From the NCBI GenBank assembly GCA_016192685.1, contig JACPTS010000001.1:97710-161709 (forward strand): 64,000 nt of DNA, read 5' to 3'. The notes below the pieces were generated by a model, which was not told the origin of the DNA, did not search any database, and saw only the letters and a list, made by a program, of their open reading frames with translations. Below are positions 63,459 through 64,000 of this stretch, piece after piece. The translations under genes were made by a program, and so were the position numbers. How positions within the stretch are numbered: the stretch's first letter is position 1; every line of letters starts with the position of its first letter. The DNA comes from Candidatus Harrisonbacteria bacterium. GTDB taxonomy: Bacteria > Patescibacteriota > Minisyncoccia > UBA6257 > 02-FULL-45-10c.

Positions 63459-64000
63459 AAATTTTCTTTTTTAGATAATAACACTTTAAAAGCTATTTTA
63501 AAATACTTAAAATTGGCAAAAAAAGTATTCTGAGATTCGCCTTCCTTGCGGGCATGCCACTGGCAAGGAATTTCTTTTATCCGGGCGCCGAGCCGAAGCG
63601 GCTTTAAAATGGTTTCCAGTAAAAACGGATGGCGCAATTCTTCCCAGCGAATTTTTTGGACTAAATCAGTTTTAAAAATTCGGAATCCATAAGTTAAATC
63701 GGAAAGATTCGTCCAATATAACCATTGGAAAAATTTCTGAAAAATAAAATTCAAAAAGAATTTTATCGGATTATAAGAACGAAATCCTCCGGCACCTCCC
63801 ATCCAGCGAGATGCCGTGACAATATCGTAATTTCCAGTATTGGCTTCGTTGATAAGATTTTTAACGACATGCGGATCGGTCTCCAAATCACTTGCCATCA
63901 TAAGAACCCATTTGCCGCTTGCTAAACCAAAAGCATCTCTCATTGCCCCGCCAAGATAAGGCAATTTTTGCCGGTAATCCTTAATGAAATCGCCGTATTG
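63455..64000 (-). CDS. GT2 (Dol-P-Man synthase-like) glycosyltransferase, N-terminus beyond the right edge
   Basis: GGA...F..ASG, MASDLET, TASRW, SDLTYGFR, EIP..W..R.EGES; frame open to the window end. Confidence 0.82.
   Translation of the reverse strand, partial: QYGDFIKDYRQKLPYLGGAMRDAFGLASGKWVLMMASDLETDPHVVKNLINEANTGNYDIVTASRWMGGAGGFRSYNPIKFFLNFIFQKFFQWLYWTNLSDLTYGFRIFKTDLVQKIRWEELRHPFLLETILKPLRLGARIKEIPCQWHARKEGESQNTFFANFKYFKIAFKVLLSKKENL

Noticed and set aside
98-63925. Many 60-180 aa ORFs antisense or out of frame to long genes (e.g. 19329-19778, 50530-51078, 59893-60324)
   Set aside because: They lie within well-supported CDSs and carry no motifs.
1-64000. Stop-codon reassignment (code 25)
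   Set aside because: Genes are full length in the standard code and several end in TGA at ATGA overlaps.

Overview
This is a gene-dense, mostly minus-strand bacterial window read in the standard genetic code (TGA is used as a stop). Short intergenic regions, few Shine-Dalgarno sites, giant Ser/Thr-rich surface proteins and short palindromic repeats suggest a Patescibacteria/CPR (Parcubacteria-like) genome; this is inference, as no marker gene is present. (1) 1-5.6 kb: housekeeping and small accessory genes (His-phosphatase fragment, rpiB, gap, MFS, DUF192, TrmH, HExxH protein, DUF5317, SemiSWEET-like). (2) 5.7-12.3 kb: a secreted alpha/beta-hydrolase/lamin-tail-domain protein with an upstream partner gene, then trxB, a glutaredoxin and a DsbA-like gene. 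(3) 12.4-16 kb (+): priming glycosyl-phosphotransferase, Wzx flippase and a short UDP-sugar dehydrogenase. (4) 16-28 kb: three secreted Ser/Thr/Gly-rich surface proteins (2369, 310 and 482 aa) and an O-antigen-ligase/TPR protein. (5) 28-64 kb, open at the right edge: a very large surface-glycan locus with PseB/PseC, a second dehydratase, three DegT-family aminotransferases in total, two NeuB synthases, three cytidylyltransferase-like genes, two KpsS-like transferases and an ABC flippase. It also carries enzymes not expected there: a PduL-like acyltransferase, a PP2C-like phosphatase, DUF218, an EamA-KdsC fusion, an enolase-superfamily dehydratase, an HpcH aldolase, a cyclase, duplicated SDRs and an RGP/STELLO-like protein. 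The best leads are the ulosonate-type module at 48.6-57.4 kb, the ligase/glycoprotein coupling, the hydrolase-partner pair, and a structured element at 23.23-23.37 kb whose decayed copy at 55.7 kb is interrupted by a palindrome. No rRNA, tRNA, CRISPR array or transposase was seen. All family calls come from motif recognition, not database searches.
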